Shown here piece by piece: positions 42,469 through 51,518 of a DNA stretch of 51,518 bases (position 1 is the first letter of the stretch; each line of letters opens with the position of its first letter). Origin of the DNA: Pseudomonadota bacterium (GTDB lineage Bacteria; Pseudomonadota; Gammaproteobacteria; Burkholderiales; Rhodocyclaceae); NCBI GenBank assembly GCA_021811225.1, contig JAJZPJ010000001.1, positions 1 through 51,518 on the forward strand. The letters run 5' to 3'. Below the pieces are notes generated by a model. The model was not told the origin of the DNA. It ran no database searches and saw only the letters and a program-made list of their open reading frames with translations. The position numbers and the translations under genes are program-made.

Positions 42469-43616
42469 TGCGCCAGATGCCCGCCGCGCCCCAGGAGATC
42501 GACGTCTGGCTGCTCTGGTCGGCGCTGTCTCTGCTGTTGTTCGGCCTGGTGATGGTCTATTCGGCGTCGATCGCCACCGCCGAGGCGAGCAAGTTCACCG
42601 GCTATCAGTCGACCTATTTCCTGGTCCGGCACGGGGTGTTCGTGAGCATCGGCCTGATCGTCGGCGCGGTGGTCTTTCAGGTGCCGGTGCGCCTCTGGCA
42701 GCAGATCGCCCCCGGACTGTTCGTCGCCGGCCTGGTGTTGCTCCTGGCGGTGCTGGTGCCGCACCTCGGCCGATCGGTCAATGGCGCCCACCGCTGGCTG
42801 CCGCTGGGACCGGTGAATCTCCAGCCCTCGGAGCTGACCAAGCTCCTGGTGGTGCTCTATGCCGCCGATTACACGACGCGCAAGCTCACCGACATGGACT
42901 CGTTCCGCCGCGGCTTCTTCCCGATGGCGATGGTCATGCTGCTGGTCGGCGGCCTGCTGCTCAAGGAGCCCGACTTCGGCGCCTTCGTGGTGGTCGTCTG
43001 CATCGCCATGGGCATCCTGTTTCTGGGCGGCATCAATATCCGGCTGTTCGCTGCGCTGATGGTGGTGCTGCTGATCGGTTTCGTGGCGCTGATCTGGATC
43101 TCGCCCTACCGCCGCGAGCGCATCTTCGGCTTCATGGATCCCTGGCAGAACGATCTCGGCCGCGGCTACCAGTTGTCCCACGCCCTGATCGCCTTCGGCC
43201 GCGGCGAATGGTTCGGCGTCGGCCTGGGCGCCAGCGTCGAGAAGCTGTTCTATCTGCCCGAGGCGCATACCGACTTCCTGCTCGCGGTCATCGCCGAAGA
43301 GCTCGGCTTCGTCGGCGTCGCCGTGGTGATCGGTCTGTTCGCGCTGATCGTGCAGCGCGCCTTCGTCATCGGCCGCCAGGCGCTGACCCTGGACCGCGTC
43401 TATGCCGGTCTGGTGGCGCAGGGCGTGGGCATCTGGATCGGCATCCAGGCCTTCATCAACATGGGCGTCAATATGGGCTTCCTGCCGACCAAGGGCCTGA
43501 CCCTGCCGCTGATGAGCTACGGCGGCTCCGGCATCGTCGTCAACTGCATCGCGCTGGCCATCCTGCTGCGCGTGGATTATGAAAACAGATTGCTCATGCG
43601 GGGGCAGCCCGCATGA
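42465..43616 (+). CDS. ftsW: peptidoglycan glycosyltransferase FtsW (SEDS family)
   Basis: ATGA overlap with mur[42 protein letters not shown], and the C-terminus [12 protein letters not shown]. Confidence 0.95.
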   Translation: MMRQMPAAPQEIDVWLLWSALSLLLFGLVMVYSASIATAEASKFTGYQSTYFLVRHGVFVSIGLIVGAVVFQVPVRLWQQIAPGLFVAGLVLLLAVLVPHLGRSVNGAHRWLPLGPVNLQPSELTKLLVVLYAADYTTRKLTDMDSFRRGFFPMAMVMLLVGGLLLKEPDFGAFVVVVCIAMGILFLGGINIRLFAALMVVLLIGFVALIWISPYRRERIFGFMDPWQNDLGRGYQLSHALIAFGRGEWFGVGLGASVEKLFYLPEAHTDFLLAVIAEELGFVGVAVVIGLFALIVQRAFVIGRQALTLDRVYAGLVAQGVGIWIGIQAFINMGVNMGFLPTKGLTLPLMSYGGSGIVVNCIALAILLRVDYENRLLMRGQPA

Positions 43617-43627
43617 GCAATCTGTTT
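43583..43627. repeat. perfect 20-bp inverted repeat (5-nt loop) spanning the ftsW stop codon
   Basis: AAACAGATTGCTCATGCGGG-GGCAG-CCCGCATGAGCAATCTGTTT, verified base by base. The left arm encodes the last FtsW residues. The right arm begins with the final Pro and Ala codons and the stop, and is otherwise non-coding. Confidence 0.9.
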
Positions 43628-43649
43628 CGGCGCAGGCTAACTTGGCCGC

Positions 43650-43718
43650 GTAGGTCGGACTTCAGTCCGACATGTCCCACGGGACCGCTTATGGTCGTCG
43701 GGCTAAAGCCCGACCTAC
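43650..43718. repeat. REPIN-like inverted pair of REP palindromes
   Basis: GTAG-GTCGGAC-TTCA-GTCCGAC (43650-43671) and GTCGGGC-TAAA-GCCCGAC-CTAC (43697-43718) lie in opposite orientation around a small GTCCC-AC-GGGAC hairpin. Confidence 0.6.
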
Positions 43719-43719
43719 T

Positions 43720-43779
43720 GGAGGCATCGGGCGATGACTAAGACCCTATTGGTCATGGCTGGAGGCACGGGCGGACACA
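43720..43779 (+). repeat. upstream copy of a 60-bp direct duplication of the murG RBS plus codons 1-15 (second copy at 43865-43924)
   Basis: GGAGGCATCGGGCGATGACTAAGACCCTATTGGTCATGGCTGGAGGCACGGGCGGACACA against the copy at 43865 is identical at 57 of 60 positions. All three differences are synonymous third positions. Confidence 0.9.
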
Positions 43780-43886
43780 AATTTGGCTGCGGCCGCGCCA
43801 CGCGCTTAACGTTCGCTACGCTCACATTAGCCTACGCCGAAGATGTGTCCGCACGGAGTTTATCGGAGGCATCGGGCGATGACTAA
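43734..43886 (+). other. 50-codon chimeric upstream ORF (MurG residues 1-15 fused to insert-derived sequence)
   Basis: ATG 43734 has the same GGAGG RBS as murG. It translates to [50 protein letters not shown]. Its TAA (43884-43886) lies 3 nt after the authentic murG ATG (43879). Whether it is translated is unknown. Confidence 0.3.
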
Positions 43887-44958
43887 AACCCTATTGGTCA
43901 TGGCCGGCGGCACGGGCGGACACATCTTTCCCGGGCTGGCGGTGGCCGACTACGTCCGCGAACAGGGCTGGCATGTGGTCTGGCTCGGCAACCCGGCGGG
44001 CATGGAGGCCCGGCTGGTGCCGGCGCGCGGCTACGAGCTGGCGCCGCTCAACTTCGCTGCGCTGCGCGGCAAGGGCCCCCTGAGAAAACTGCTGCTGCCG
44101 TTCAAGCTGGTCTCCGCCCTGTGGCAGGCGCAACGGGCCTTGAGCCGCATCCGGCCCGACGTGGTGCTCGGCATGGGCGGCTTCGTCAGTTTCCCCGGCG
44201 GCTTGATGGCGGCGCTGACGCGGCGGCCGCTGGTGGTGCATGAGCAGAATTCGGTGGCGGGCTTGGCCAACCGCGTCCTGGCGCGCGTCGCCAATCGCGT
44301 TCTGACCGGCTTCCCCGGCACGCTCGGGCGGGCCGAGTGGTGCGGCAATCCGCTGCGCGCCGAGATCGCCGCCCTGGCCGCTCCGGCGCAGCGTTTCAAG
44401 GATAGGGCCGGACCGCTGCGTCTGCTGGTGCTGGGCGGCAGCTTGGGCGCCACGGCGCTGAACGAGACCGTGCCGCGAGCGCTGGCGCTGCTGCCCGAGG
44501 AAGCGCGGCCGCAGGTCGTGCACCAGTCGGGCGAGAGGCACCTCGAAGCGCTGAAGCAGAGCTATGGAGCGGCGGGGGTCAAGGCCGAGTGCGTCGCCTT
44601 CATCGAGGACATGGCCGGCGCCTACGCCTGGGCCGACCTGGTGGTCTGCCGCGCCGGTGCGCTCACCGTCGCCGAGCTGGCGGCCGCCGGCGTCGCCAGC
44701 ATCCTGATCCCCTTTCCGCACGCGGTGGACGATCACCAGAGCGGCAACGCCCGCTTTCTGGCCAATGCCGGCGCCGCCATCCTGCTGCCGCAGGCGGAAC
44801 TGACGCCGGAGCGGCTCTCGCTGATGCGCAATCTGACGCGCGCGCAACTGCTGCAGATGGCCGAGAAGGCGCGCGCCCTGGCCAAGCCCGAAGCCACCGC
44901 GGCCGTGGCCTGGGCCTGCATGGTGTTGGCCAAACGAGAGGTCGGCGATGAAGCATAA
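43879..44958 (+). CDS. murG: UDP-N-acetylglucosamine--N-acetylmuramyl-(pentapeptide) pyrophosphoryl-undecaprenol GlcNAc transferase
   Basis: [23 protein letters not shown] is the canonical MurG N-terminus. The start is Met13 of track ORF 43843..44958. Confidence 0.95.
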   Translation: MTKTLLVMAGGTGGHIFPGLAVADYVREQGWHVVWLGNPAGMEARLVPARGYELAPLNFAALRGKGPLRKLLLPFKLVSALWQAQRALSRIRPDVVLGMGGFVSFPGGLMAALTRRPLVVHEQNSVAGLANRVLARVANRVLTGFPGTLGRAEWCGNPLRAEIAALAAPAQRFKDRAGPLRLLVLGGSLGATALNETVPRALALLPEEARPQVVHQSGERHLEALKQSYGAAGVKAECVAFIEDMAGAYAWADLVVCRAGALTVAELAAAGVASILIPFPHAVDDHQSGNARFLANAGAAILLPQAELTPERLSLMRNLTRAQLLQMAEKARALAKPEATAAVAWACMVLAKREVGDEA

Positions 44959-46345
44959 GATCCAACATATCCACTTTGTAGGTATCGGCGGCTCGGGCAT
45001 GAGCGGCATCGCCGAGGTGCTGGCAAACCAGGGCTATCGGGTGAGCGGCTCCGACCTGGCCGACAGCGCCGCGACCCGGCGCCTGGCGAAACTGGGCATC
45101 GCCATCGCCTTGGGACATTCCGCCGCCAACATCGCCGGCGCCGACGCCGTGGTGGTGTCCACCGCGGTCCGCGCCGACAACCCGGAAGTCGTCGCCGCGC
45201 GCGAAGCGCTGATCCCCGTGGTGCCGCGCGCCCTGATGCTGGCCGAGCTGATGCGCCTGAAGCAGGGCATCGCGGTGGCCGGCACCCACGGCAAGACCAC
45301 GACCACCAGCCTGATCGCCAGCGTCCTGGCCGAGGGCGGTCTCGACCCGACCTTCGTCATCGGCGGCCGCCTGAACTCGGCCGGGGCCAACGCGCGGCTC
45401 GGTCACGGCGAATTCCTGGTCGCCGAGGCCGACGAATCCGACGCCTCCTTCCTCCATCTGCAGCCGGTGATCGCGGTGGTCACCAACATCGACGCCGACC
45501 ACATGGAGACCTACGGTCACGACTTCAACCGCTTGAAGCAGGCCTTCGTCGACTTCCTCCAGCACCTGCCCTTCTACGGCGTCGCCGTGCTCTGCGCCGA
45601 CGACGCCAACCTGCGCGAGATCATGCCGCGGGTGTCGAAGCAGATCGTGCGCTACGGTCTCGACGCCCAGGCCAACGTCCGCGCCGAGAACGTCGTGGCC
45701 ACGGGCGGCCAGATGCGCTTCGATTGCGTGCGCGAGAACGGCAGCATCAGCCGCTTCCCGGTCACGGTGAACCTGCCGGGCAGGCACAACGTTCTGAATG
45801 CGCTGGCGGCGATCGCCGTGGCCACCGAGGTGGGCGTGGCCGACGAGGCCATCGTCCGCGCGCTGGCCGAATTCAAGGGCGTCGGCCGGCGCTTCCAGCG
45901 CTACGGCGAGATTCCTCTGGCCGGCGGCGGCAGCTTCACCCTGATCGACGACTACGGCCATCACCCCGCCGAGATGCAGGCGACGCTCGCCGCGGCGCGC
46001 GGCGCCTTCCCCGGACGGCGACTGGTGCTGGCTTTCCAGCCGCACCGGTTCACGCGCACGCGCGACTGTTTCGAGGACTTCGTCAAGGTGCTCTCCGGCG
46101 TCGATGGCCTGTTGCTGGCCGAAGTCTATGCCGCCGGCGAGGCGCCGATCGTCGCCGCCGACAGCCGCTCGCTGCTGCGCGCGATCCGCGTCGCCGGGAG
46201 GATAGAGCCGAGGTTCGTCGATGACATCAACGACATGCCCGGCGCGATCATGGACGCCGCCCGCGACGGCGACGTGGTGATCACCATGGGCGCGGGCTCG
46301 ATCGGCGCCGTGCCCGGGAAGCTGCAAAAAGGCGGTGCGAGCTGA
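44948..46345 (+). CDS. murC: UDP-N-acetylmuramate--L-alanine ligase
   Basis: [39 protein letters not shown]. Confidence 0.96.
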   Translation: MKHKIQHIHFVGIGGSGMSGIAEVLANQGYRVSGSDLADSAATRRLAKLGIAIALGHSAANIAGADAVVVSTAVRADNPEVVAAREALIPVVPRALMLAELMRLKQGIAVAGTHGKTTTTSLIASVLAEGGLDPTFVIGGRLNSAGANARLGHGEFLVAEADESDASFLHLQPVIAVVTNIDADHMETYGHDFNRLKQAFVDFLQHLPFYGVAVLCADDANLREIMPRVSKQIVRYGLDAQANVRAENVVATGGQMRFDCVRENGSISRFPVTVNLPGRHNVLNALAAIAVATEVGVADEAIVRALAEFKGVGRRFQRYGEIPLAGGGSFTLIDDYGHHPAEMQATLAAARGAFPGRRLVLAFQPHRFTRTRDCFEDFVKVLSGVDGLLLAEVYAAGEAPIVAADSRSLLRAIRVAGRIEPRFVDDINDMPGAIMDAARDGDVVITMGAGSIGAVPGKLQKGGAS

Positions 46346-47247
46346 TGGGCGCCGCCAGCACCTTGCGCGGAGAATTGCGCCGGGACGAGCCGATGGCGCG
46401 GCACGTTTCCTGGCGCGCCGGCGGGCCGGTGGCGCGCGCCTATTTTCCCGCCGATCTGGCCGACCTGTCCGCCTTCCTGCGCGGCCTGCGCCACGACGAG
46501 CCGCTGTTGTTCGTCGGCCTGGGCAGCAATCTGCTGGTGCGCGACGGCGGTTTCGACGGCACCGTGGTGTTCACCCACGGCGCCCTGAAGACGCTGCGGC
46601 TGGAGCCGCCGTCCGGCCTGATCTATGCCGAAGCCGGCGTGGCCAGTCCCAAGCTCGCGCGCTTCGCCGCCAACCACGACCTCGGCGGCGCGGAATTCCT
46701 GGCCGGCGTGCCCGGCACGGTCGGCGGCGCGCTGGCGATGAACGCCGGCTGCTACGGCGGGGAGACCTGGCAGTTCGTCGAGCGGGTCCTGATGATGGAT
46801 CGCCGCGGCGAATTGATCACGCGGCCTGCGGCCGACTTCGCCGTCGGCTATCGCCACGTCGGCCTGCTGGAGGCTTGCGACGAATGGTTCGCCGCCGCCT
46901 GGCTGCGCTTTCCGGCCGGCGACGGCCGGATCTCGCGCACGCGCATCCGCGACCTGCTGGCGCGGCGCGTCGCCAGCCAGCCGCTGGCGCTGCCCAATGC
47001 CGGTTCGGTGTTCCGCAATCCGCCCGAGGATCACGCCGCCCGCCTGATCGAGGCGACCGGTCTCAAGGGTCTCACCCTCGGCGGCGCGCAAGTCTCGGAA
47101 ATGCACAGCAATTTCATCGTTAATCCGGACGGCGAAGCGACGGCGGCTGAGATAGAAATGCTAATCGGCCAAGTCCAGGCTCGGGTAGGGGAAAAGTTCG
47201 GTGTGGAACTGCAGCGCGAGGTGCGGATCGTGGGAGTGAGCGCGTGA
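46345..47247 (+). CDS. murB: UDP-N-acetylenolpyruvoylglucosamine reductase
   Basis: FAD-binding domain ([16 protein letters not shown]) and GSVFRNP. The start overlaps the murC stop. Confidence 0.93.
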   Translation: MGAASTLRGELRRDEPMARHVSWRAGGPVARAYFPADLADLSAFLRGLRHDEPLLFVGLGSNLLVRDGGFDGTVVFTHGALKTLRLEPPSGLIYAEAGVASPKLARFAANHDLGGAEFLAGVPGTVGGALAMNAGCYGGETWQFVERVLMMDRRGELITRPAADFAVGYRHVGLLEACDEWFAAAWLRFPAGDGRISRTRIRDLLARRVASQPLALPNAGSVFRNPPEDHAARLIEATGLKGLTLGGAQVSEMHSNFIVNPDGEATAAEIEMLIGQVQARVGEKFGVELQREVRIVGVSA

Positions 47248-48161
47248 TGGCCGGGGACTTCGGCAAGGTGGCGGTTTTGATGGGCGGATCCTCCGCCGAG
47301 CGGGAGATTTCCCTGCTCTCGGGCGGCGCCGTGTTGGCGGCATTGCAGCGTGCGGGTGTCGATGCCCACGCCTTCGATCCGGCGCAGAGCGAACTCTGGC
47401 AGCTGAAGGCGCAGGGTTTTGAGCGCGTCTTCATCGCCCTGCACGGACGCTACGGCGAGGACGGCACGGTCCAGGGTGCGCTCGAAACCCTGGGCATCCC
47501 CTATACCGGCAGCGGCGTGCTGGCCTCCGCCCTGGCGATGGACAAATGGCGCACCAAGCTGGTCTGGGCCGCGGTCGGGCTGCCCACGCCCCGCTACCAG
47601 CTGCTCGACGAGCACAGCGACCTTGCCCTCGTCGCGCCGCAACTGGGCCTGCCCTTGATCGTCAAGCCGGCGCGCGAGGGGTCCTCGATCGGCGTCACCA
47701 AGGTCGAGACGGTGGCTGCGCTGGCGCCCGCCTATGCCGCTGCCGCGGCGCTCGATCCGCTGGTGCTGGCCGAGGAGTTCATCGCGGGACAGGAAATGAC
47801 CGCGGCGGTTCTGGGGCAGCGGGTTCTGCCGCTGGTGCATATCGAGGCGCCCTCGGGCGCCTACGATTATCAGAACAAATATTTCACCGACGCGGTGCGC
47901 TATCGCTGTCCCGCCGTGCTGGAGCCGGCGCTCGCGGCGAAGATCGACCGCGCCTGTCTCTCGGCGTTCCAGGTGCTCGGTTGTCGCGGCTGGGGGCGCG
48001 CCGACCTGATCGTGCAGCCGGACGGCGGTTTCTTCCTGCTCGAAATGAACACCGTGCCGGGCATGACCGGCCACTCGCTGGTGCCGATGGCGGCGCGTGC
48101 CGCCGGCATCGCTTTCGACGATCTGGTGCTGCAGATCCTGGAGGGCGCGCGGCTTGGCTAA
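47244..48161 (+). CDS. ddl: D-alanine--D-alanine ligase
   Basis: [36 protein letters not shown], the ATP-grasp motifs and EMNTVPGMT. The start is GTG 47244 or ATG 47247, overlapping the murB stop. Confidence 0.95.
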   Translation: MMAGDFGKVAVLMGGSSAEREISLLSGGAVLAALQRAGVDAHAFDPAQSELWQLKAQGFERVFIALHGRYGEDGTVQGALETLGIPYTGSGVLASALAMDKWRTKLVWAAVGLPTPRYQLLDEHSDLALVAPQLGLPLIVKPAREGSSIGVTKVETVAALAPAYAAAAALDPLVLAEEFIAGQEMTAAVLGQRVLPLVHIEAPSGAYDYQNKYFTDAVRYRCPAVLEPALAAKIDRACLSAFQVLGCRGWGRADLIVQPDGGFFLLEMNTVPGMTGHSLVPMAARAAGIAFDDLVLQILEGARLG

Positions 48162-48990
48162 ATTCGGCAGCGTCGGGCGCAAGAACCTCAAGGCGAGCCG
48201 CCAGGCCAGGGCCGCGGCGCGTCCGTCGGGCGAGGGCCTCTGGGACCGGCCGCAACTGGTGAACCTGGTCGCCGATCTGCTGCTGTTCCTGGCCGGCGCG
48301 ATGCTGATCTATGCCGCGCTGCTGGAGAGCACCCGCCTGCCGTTTTTTCCGCTGCGCGAGGTGGTGGTGGCCAAGGCGCTGGTCAAGGTGACGCCGGGCG
48401 AGATCGCGGACGCCGCCGGGCGTTCGCTCTCCGGCAATTTCTTCACCGTCAATCTCGATAAGGTGCGCGCCGCGCTGGAGAATATGGCCTGGGTCCGCCG
48501 CGCTTCGGTGCAGCGCCTTTGGCCCGACGGCATCGAATTGAAGATCGAGGAACAGGTCGCCGCCGCGCGCTGGCAGCACGGCCTGGGCGAGCCCGATCTG
48601 GTCAATGAGCAGGGCGAGCTCTTTAGCGCGCCGAAAGAACCGGATCAGGCGGCGCTGCCGCTCCTGGCCGGGCCCCAGGACAGCTCGGCGGAGGTGCTGT
48701 CGCGCTACCGCGAATTCTCGACCATGCTCTCGCCGCTGCACCGCACGCTGCGGCTGGTGGCGCTGTCGCCGCGCCAGTCCTGGCAATTGCGCCTGGACGA
48801 CGGCCTGACCCTGGAACTCGGTCGCGACCACGCCAAGCATCCGATCGAGGAGCGGGTCAATCGCTTCGTCGACACCTACGCCGAGGTCCAGCGGCGCATC
48901 AAAACCCCGATCAGCGTCATCGACATGCGCTACCCGAACGGCTTCGCGCTGCAGCCGGGTACGCCCCAAAACGACAAAGGCAATGCATGA
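48154..48990 (+). CDS. ftsQ: cell division protein FtsQ
   Basis: A single helix ([23 protein letters not shown]) followed by POTRA and FtsQ domains. The start is uncertain: TTG 48154 lies 7 nt after GGAGGG, while the track's ATG 48097 would overlap ddl by 65 nt. Confidence 0.85.
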   Translation: MAKFGSVGRKNLKASRQARAAARPSGEGLWDRPQLVNLVADLLLFLAGAMLIYAALLESTRLPFFPLREVVVAKALVKVTPGEIADAAGRSLSGNFFTVNLDKVRAALENMAWVRRASVQRLWPDGIELKIEEQVAAARWQHGLGEPDLVNEQGELFSAPKEPDQAALPLLAGPQDSSAEVLSRYREFSTMLSPLHRTLRLVALSPRQSWQLRLDDGLTLELGRDHAKHPIEERVNRFVDTYAEVQRRIKTPISVIDMRYPNGFALQPGTPQNDKGNA

Positions 48991-49018
48991 CTAAGCTATT
49001 CTCCATCCCCCTAGCCCT

Positions 49019-50248
49019 ATGAGCAAGGAAACCAAGGACCTGATCGTCGGGCTCGACATCGGCACGTCGAAGATCTTCGCCGTCGTCGGCGAGCTGACCG
49101 CGGAAGGACAGTTGGCTATCCTGGGCATCGGCAGCCAGGAGTCGCGCGGCCTGAAGAAGGGCGTGGTGGTCAACATCGAGGCGACGGTCAATGCCATCTC
49201 GCGTGCGGTCCAGGAAGTCGAGCTGATGGCCGACTGCAAGGTGACCGAGGTGTACACCGGCATCGCCGGCAGCCACATCAAGAGCAAGGACTCCAACGGC
49301 ATGGCGGTGGTGCGCGAGAAGGAGGTGGCGCAGCTCGACGTCGAGCGCGCCATCGAAGCCGCCAACGCGACGCCGATCTCGGCCGACGACCAGATCCTGC
49401 ACACCCTGGTCCAGGAATTCATCGTCGATGGCCAAGACGGCGTCAAGGAGCCGATCGGCATGGACGCCAAGCGGCTCGAGGTGCGGGTGCATATCGTCAC
49501 CGGCGCGGTCACCTCGGTGCAGAACATCGTCAAGTGCGTCCATCGCTGCGGCCTCGAAGTGGTCGATCTGGTGCTCCAGCCCCTGGCCTCCGGCCACGCC
49601 GTGCTCACCGACGACGAGACCGACGTCGGCGTCTGCCTGGTGGACATCGGCGGCGGCACCACCGACATCGCGGTGTTCAGCCAGGGCGCGATCCGCCATA
49701 CGGCGGTGATCGCCATCGCCGGCGACCAGATCACCAACGACATCGCCATCGCGCTGCGCACCTCGACCCAGGACGCCGAGGAAATCAAGATCCGCTATGG
49801 CGTGGCGCTGCAGCAGCTGGCCGATGCCGAGGAGATGATCGAGGTGCCCGGCGTCGGCGACCGGCCGGCGACCCAGCTGTCGCGCCAGACCCTGGCCGGG
49901 GTGATCCAGCCGCGCGTCGAGGAGATCTTCCAGAAGGTGCAGGACGAGCTGAAGAAGTGCGGCTACGAGCGCCTGCTGCGCGCCGGCGTCGTGATCACCG
50001 GCGGGGCCGCGGCGATGCCCGGCATGGTCCAGCTGGGCGAGGAGCTGTTCCACAACACGGTCAAGCTCGGCATGCCGCATTACGACGGCAATCTGCGCGA
50101 CATCGTGCGCAATCCGCGCTATTCGACGGTCATGGGCCTGATGCTGGAAGGCATGGCGCAGAAGAAGCGCGGGCTCAAGGTGCAGGGTACCCAGAGTTTC
50201 AAGCAGGTAATGGCGCGGATGCGTTCCTGGTTCGTGAAGAATTTTTGA
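49019..50248 (+). CDS. ftsA: cell division protein FtsA
   Basis: LIVGLDIGTSKIFAVVGE, DIGGGTTDIAVF. Actin-like ATPase. Confidence 0.96.
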   Translation: MSKETKDLIVGLDIGTSKIFAVVGELTAEGQLAILGIGSQESRGLKKGVVVNIEATVNAISRAVQEVELMADCKVTEVYTGIAGSHIKSKDSNGMAVVREKEVAQLDVERAIEAANATPISADDQILHTLVQEFIVDGQDGVKEPIGMDAKRLEVRVHIVTGAVTSVQNIVKCVHRCGLEVVDLVLQPLASGHAVLTDDETDVGVCLVDIGGGTTDIAVFSQGAIRHTAVIAIAGDQITNDIAIALRTSTQDAEEIKIRYGVALQQLADAEEMIEVPGVGDRPATQLSRQTLAGVIQPRVEEIFQKVQDELKKCGYERLLRAGVVITGGAAAMPGMVQLGEELFHNTVKLGMPHYDGNLRDIVRNPRYSTVMGLMLEGMAQKKRGLKVQGTQSFKQVMARMRSWFVKNF

Positions 50249-50268
50249 TTTTCCAGAAGGAGGCGAGC

Positions 50269-51435
50269 ATGTTTGAAATCGTAGACAAGGATCCGAGCCC
50301 GACCGTCATCAAGGTCATCGGCGTCGGCGGGGCCGGCGGCAACGCCGTCGAGCACATGATCCGGGAGGGCGTGCAGGGCGTCGAGTTCATCTGCGCCAAC
50401 ACCGACGGCCAGGCGCTGAAGAAGAGTTCTGCCGGGGTCAAGCTGCAGTTCGGCCCGGGCCTGGGCGCCGGCGGCAAGCCGGAGAAGGCGCGCGAGCATG
50501 CGACGGCCGATCGCGAACGGATCGCCGAGGCGCTCACCGGCGCCCACATGGTGTTCATCACCGCCGGCATGGGCGGCGGCACCGGCACCGGTGCGGCGCC
50601 GATCGTCGCGGAGGTGGCGCGCGAGCTGGGGATACTCACCGTGGCGGTGGTCACCAAGCCCTTCGAGTACGAGGGCCGGCGCATGAGCCTGGCCGAACAG
50701 GGGCTGGCCGAACTCGCCCAGCACGTCGATTCGCTGATCGTCATCCTGAACGAGAAGCTGATGGAGGTGCTGGGCGACGAGGTGAGCATGCTCGACGCCT
50801 TCAAGTCGGCCGACAACGTGCTCAAGAACGCCGTCGGCGGCATCGCCGAAATCATCAATGTCCCCGGCCTGGTCAACGTCGACTTCGAGGACGTGCGCAC
50901 CGTGATGGGCGAAATGGGCAAGGCGATGATGGGTTCGGCCAGCGCCGCCGGCGTCGATCGCGCCCGCATCGCGGCCGAACAGGCGGTCGCCAGCCCGTTG
51001 CTGGAGGGCATCGAACTGTCCGGCGCGCGCGGCGTGCTGGTCAATATCACCGCCAGCGGCTCGCTCGGCATGCGCGAGGTCAAGGACGTGATGAACACCA
51101 TCCGCAACTACGCCGCGCCCGACGCCACGATCATCTTCGGCACGGTGTTCGAGGAGAGCATGGAAGACCAGTTGCGCGTCACCGTCGTCGCCACCGGCCT
51201 GGGCGGCGCCATCGCCAAGCCGCAGGCGAAACCGTCGATCAGCGTCGTGCCCAGCCTGCGCACCGGCACCGACGACCGGAGCTTCGATGCGGTCTCCGGC
51301 AGCTTGGATCTCGGCCTGCCGGCGGTGTTCCAGTCCGGGCGCAGCGGCGCGCGCAACGCCGCGGTCGACGCCATGACCGCCAGCGGCGTGGACAAGTACG
51401 ACATCCCCGCCTTCCTGCGCAAACAGGCCGATTGA
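50269..51435 (+). CDS. ftsZ: cell division GTPase FtsZ
   Basis: ATG 50269 follows AAGGAGG. IKVIGVGGAGGNAVEHM, GMGGGTGTGAAPIVA, NVDFEDVRTVM, and the C-terminal peptide DIPAFLRKQAD. Confidence 0.97.
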   Translation: MFEIVDKDPSPTVIKVIGVGGAGGNAVEHMIREGVQGVEFICANTDGQALKKSSAGVKLQFGPGLGAGGKPEKAREHATADRERIAEALTGAHMVFITAGMGGGTGTGAAPIVAEVARELGILTVAVVTKPFEYEGRRMSLAEQGLAELAQHVDSLIVILNEKLMEVLGDEVSMLDAFKSADNVLKNAVGGIAEIINVPGLVNVDFEDVRTVMGEMGKAMMGSASAAGVDRARIAAEQAVASPLLEGIELSGARGVLVNITASGSLGMREVKDVMNTIRNYAAPDATIIFGTVFEESMEDQLRVTVVATGLGGAIAKPQAKPSISVVPSLRTGTDDRSFDAVSGSLDLGLPAVFQSGRSGARNAAVDAMTASGVDKYDIPAFLRKQAD

Positions 51436-51518
51436 GGCCGTGAGGGTGCGCCGGCAGCGGCGGTGACGGGGCTCGCCATGGTAGAATTCGCCTCCTATCC
51501 ATAGCAGTCTCGTCATGC

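Noticed and set aside
43780-43864. Simple 145-bp tandem duplication as the explanation for the repeated murG 5' end.
   Set aside because: The 85 bp between the copies shows only patchy resemblance to either the sequence before copy 1 or the sequence after copy 2, whereas the 60-bp copies are 95 % identical. A plain recent tandem duplication does not fit. The origin remains open.

Overview
This is a high-GC chromosomal segment, probably betaproteobacterial (inferred from gene content and order only). It falls into three blocks.

(1) 1-8.3 kb holds mixed genes: a short FixQ/CcoQ-like ORF that is missing from the ORF track, a stress-type membrane protein, a lipoprotein, a truncated cytochrome b remnant, a polytopic membrane protein coupled to uvrA, and uvrA divergent from an MFS transporter and ssb.

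(2) 8.3-26.1 kb is an accessory island of visibly lower GC. Hand-counted 60-nt lines give about 53-62 % GC here against about 78 % in the cell-division (dcw) region. A PrpR/AcoR-type sigma-54 activator faces a textbook -24/-12 promoter. That promoter drives 11 co-directional, tightly spaced genes:
- family III CoA-transferase
- hydantoinase/oxoprolinase A and B
- HMG-CoA-lyase-like lyase
- a four-gene envelope module: BNR/Ycf48-like propeller, MMPL/RND-type permease, DUF1302 outer-membrane protein, DUF1329 LolA-like protein
- isochorismatase-family hydrolase
- LeuC-like and LeuD-like subunits

I recognised no integrase, transposase or tRNA at the island borders. This island, and especially the envelope module wired into a catabolic operon, is the best candidate for an uncharacterised system.

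(3) 26.1-51.5 kb is core genome: a membrane-tethered TAXI-type binding protein, hldC/rfaE2, a BON lipoprotein, a GmhA/DiaA SIS protein, yraN, rsmI, pyrC, a lipoprotein, a DUF3025 protein, RNase P RNA, and a complete dcw cluster (mraZ rsmH ftsL ftsI murE murF mraY murD ftsW murG murC murB ddl ftsQ ftsA ftsZ). Most dcw junctions are overlapping stop/start codons. The exception is a 262-bp insert between ftsW and murG. It contains a perfect 20-bp-stem hairpin, a REPIN-like inverted REP pair, and a 57/60-identical direct duplication of the murG ribosome-binding site plus its first 15 codons.

I saw no CRISPR array, rRNA, tRNA or prophage genes. Many long ORFs in the track are antisense or out-of-frame artefacts of the high GC content.
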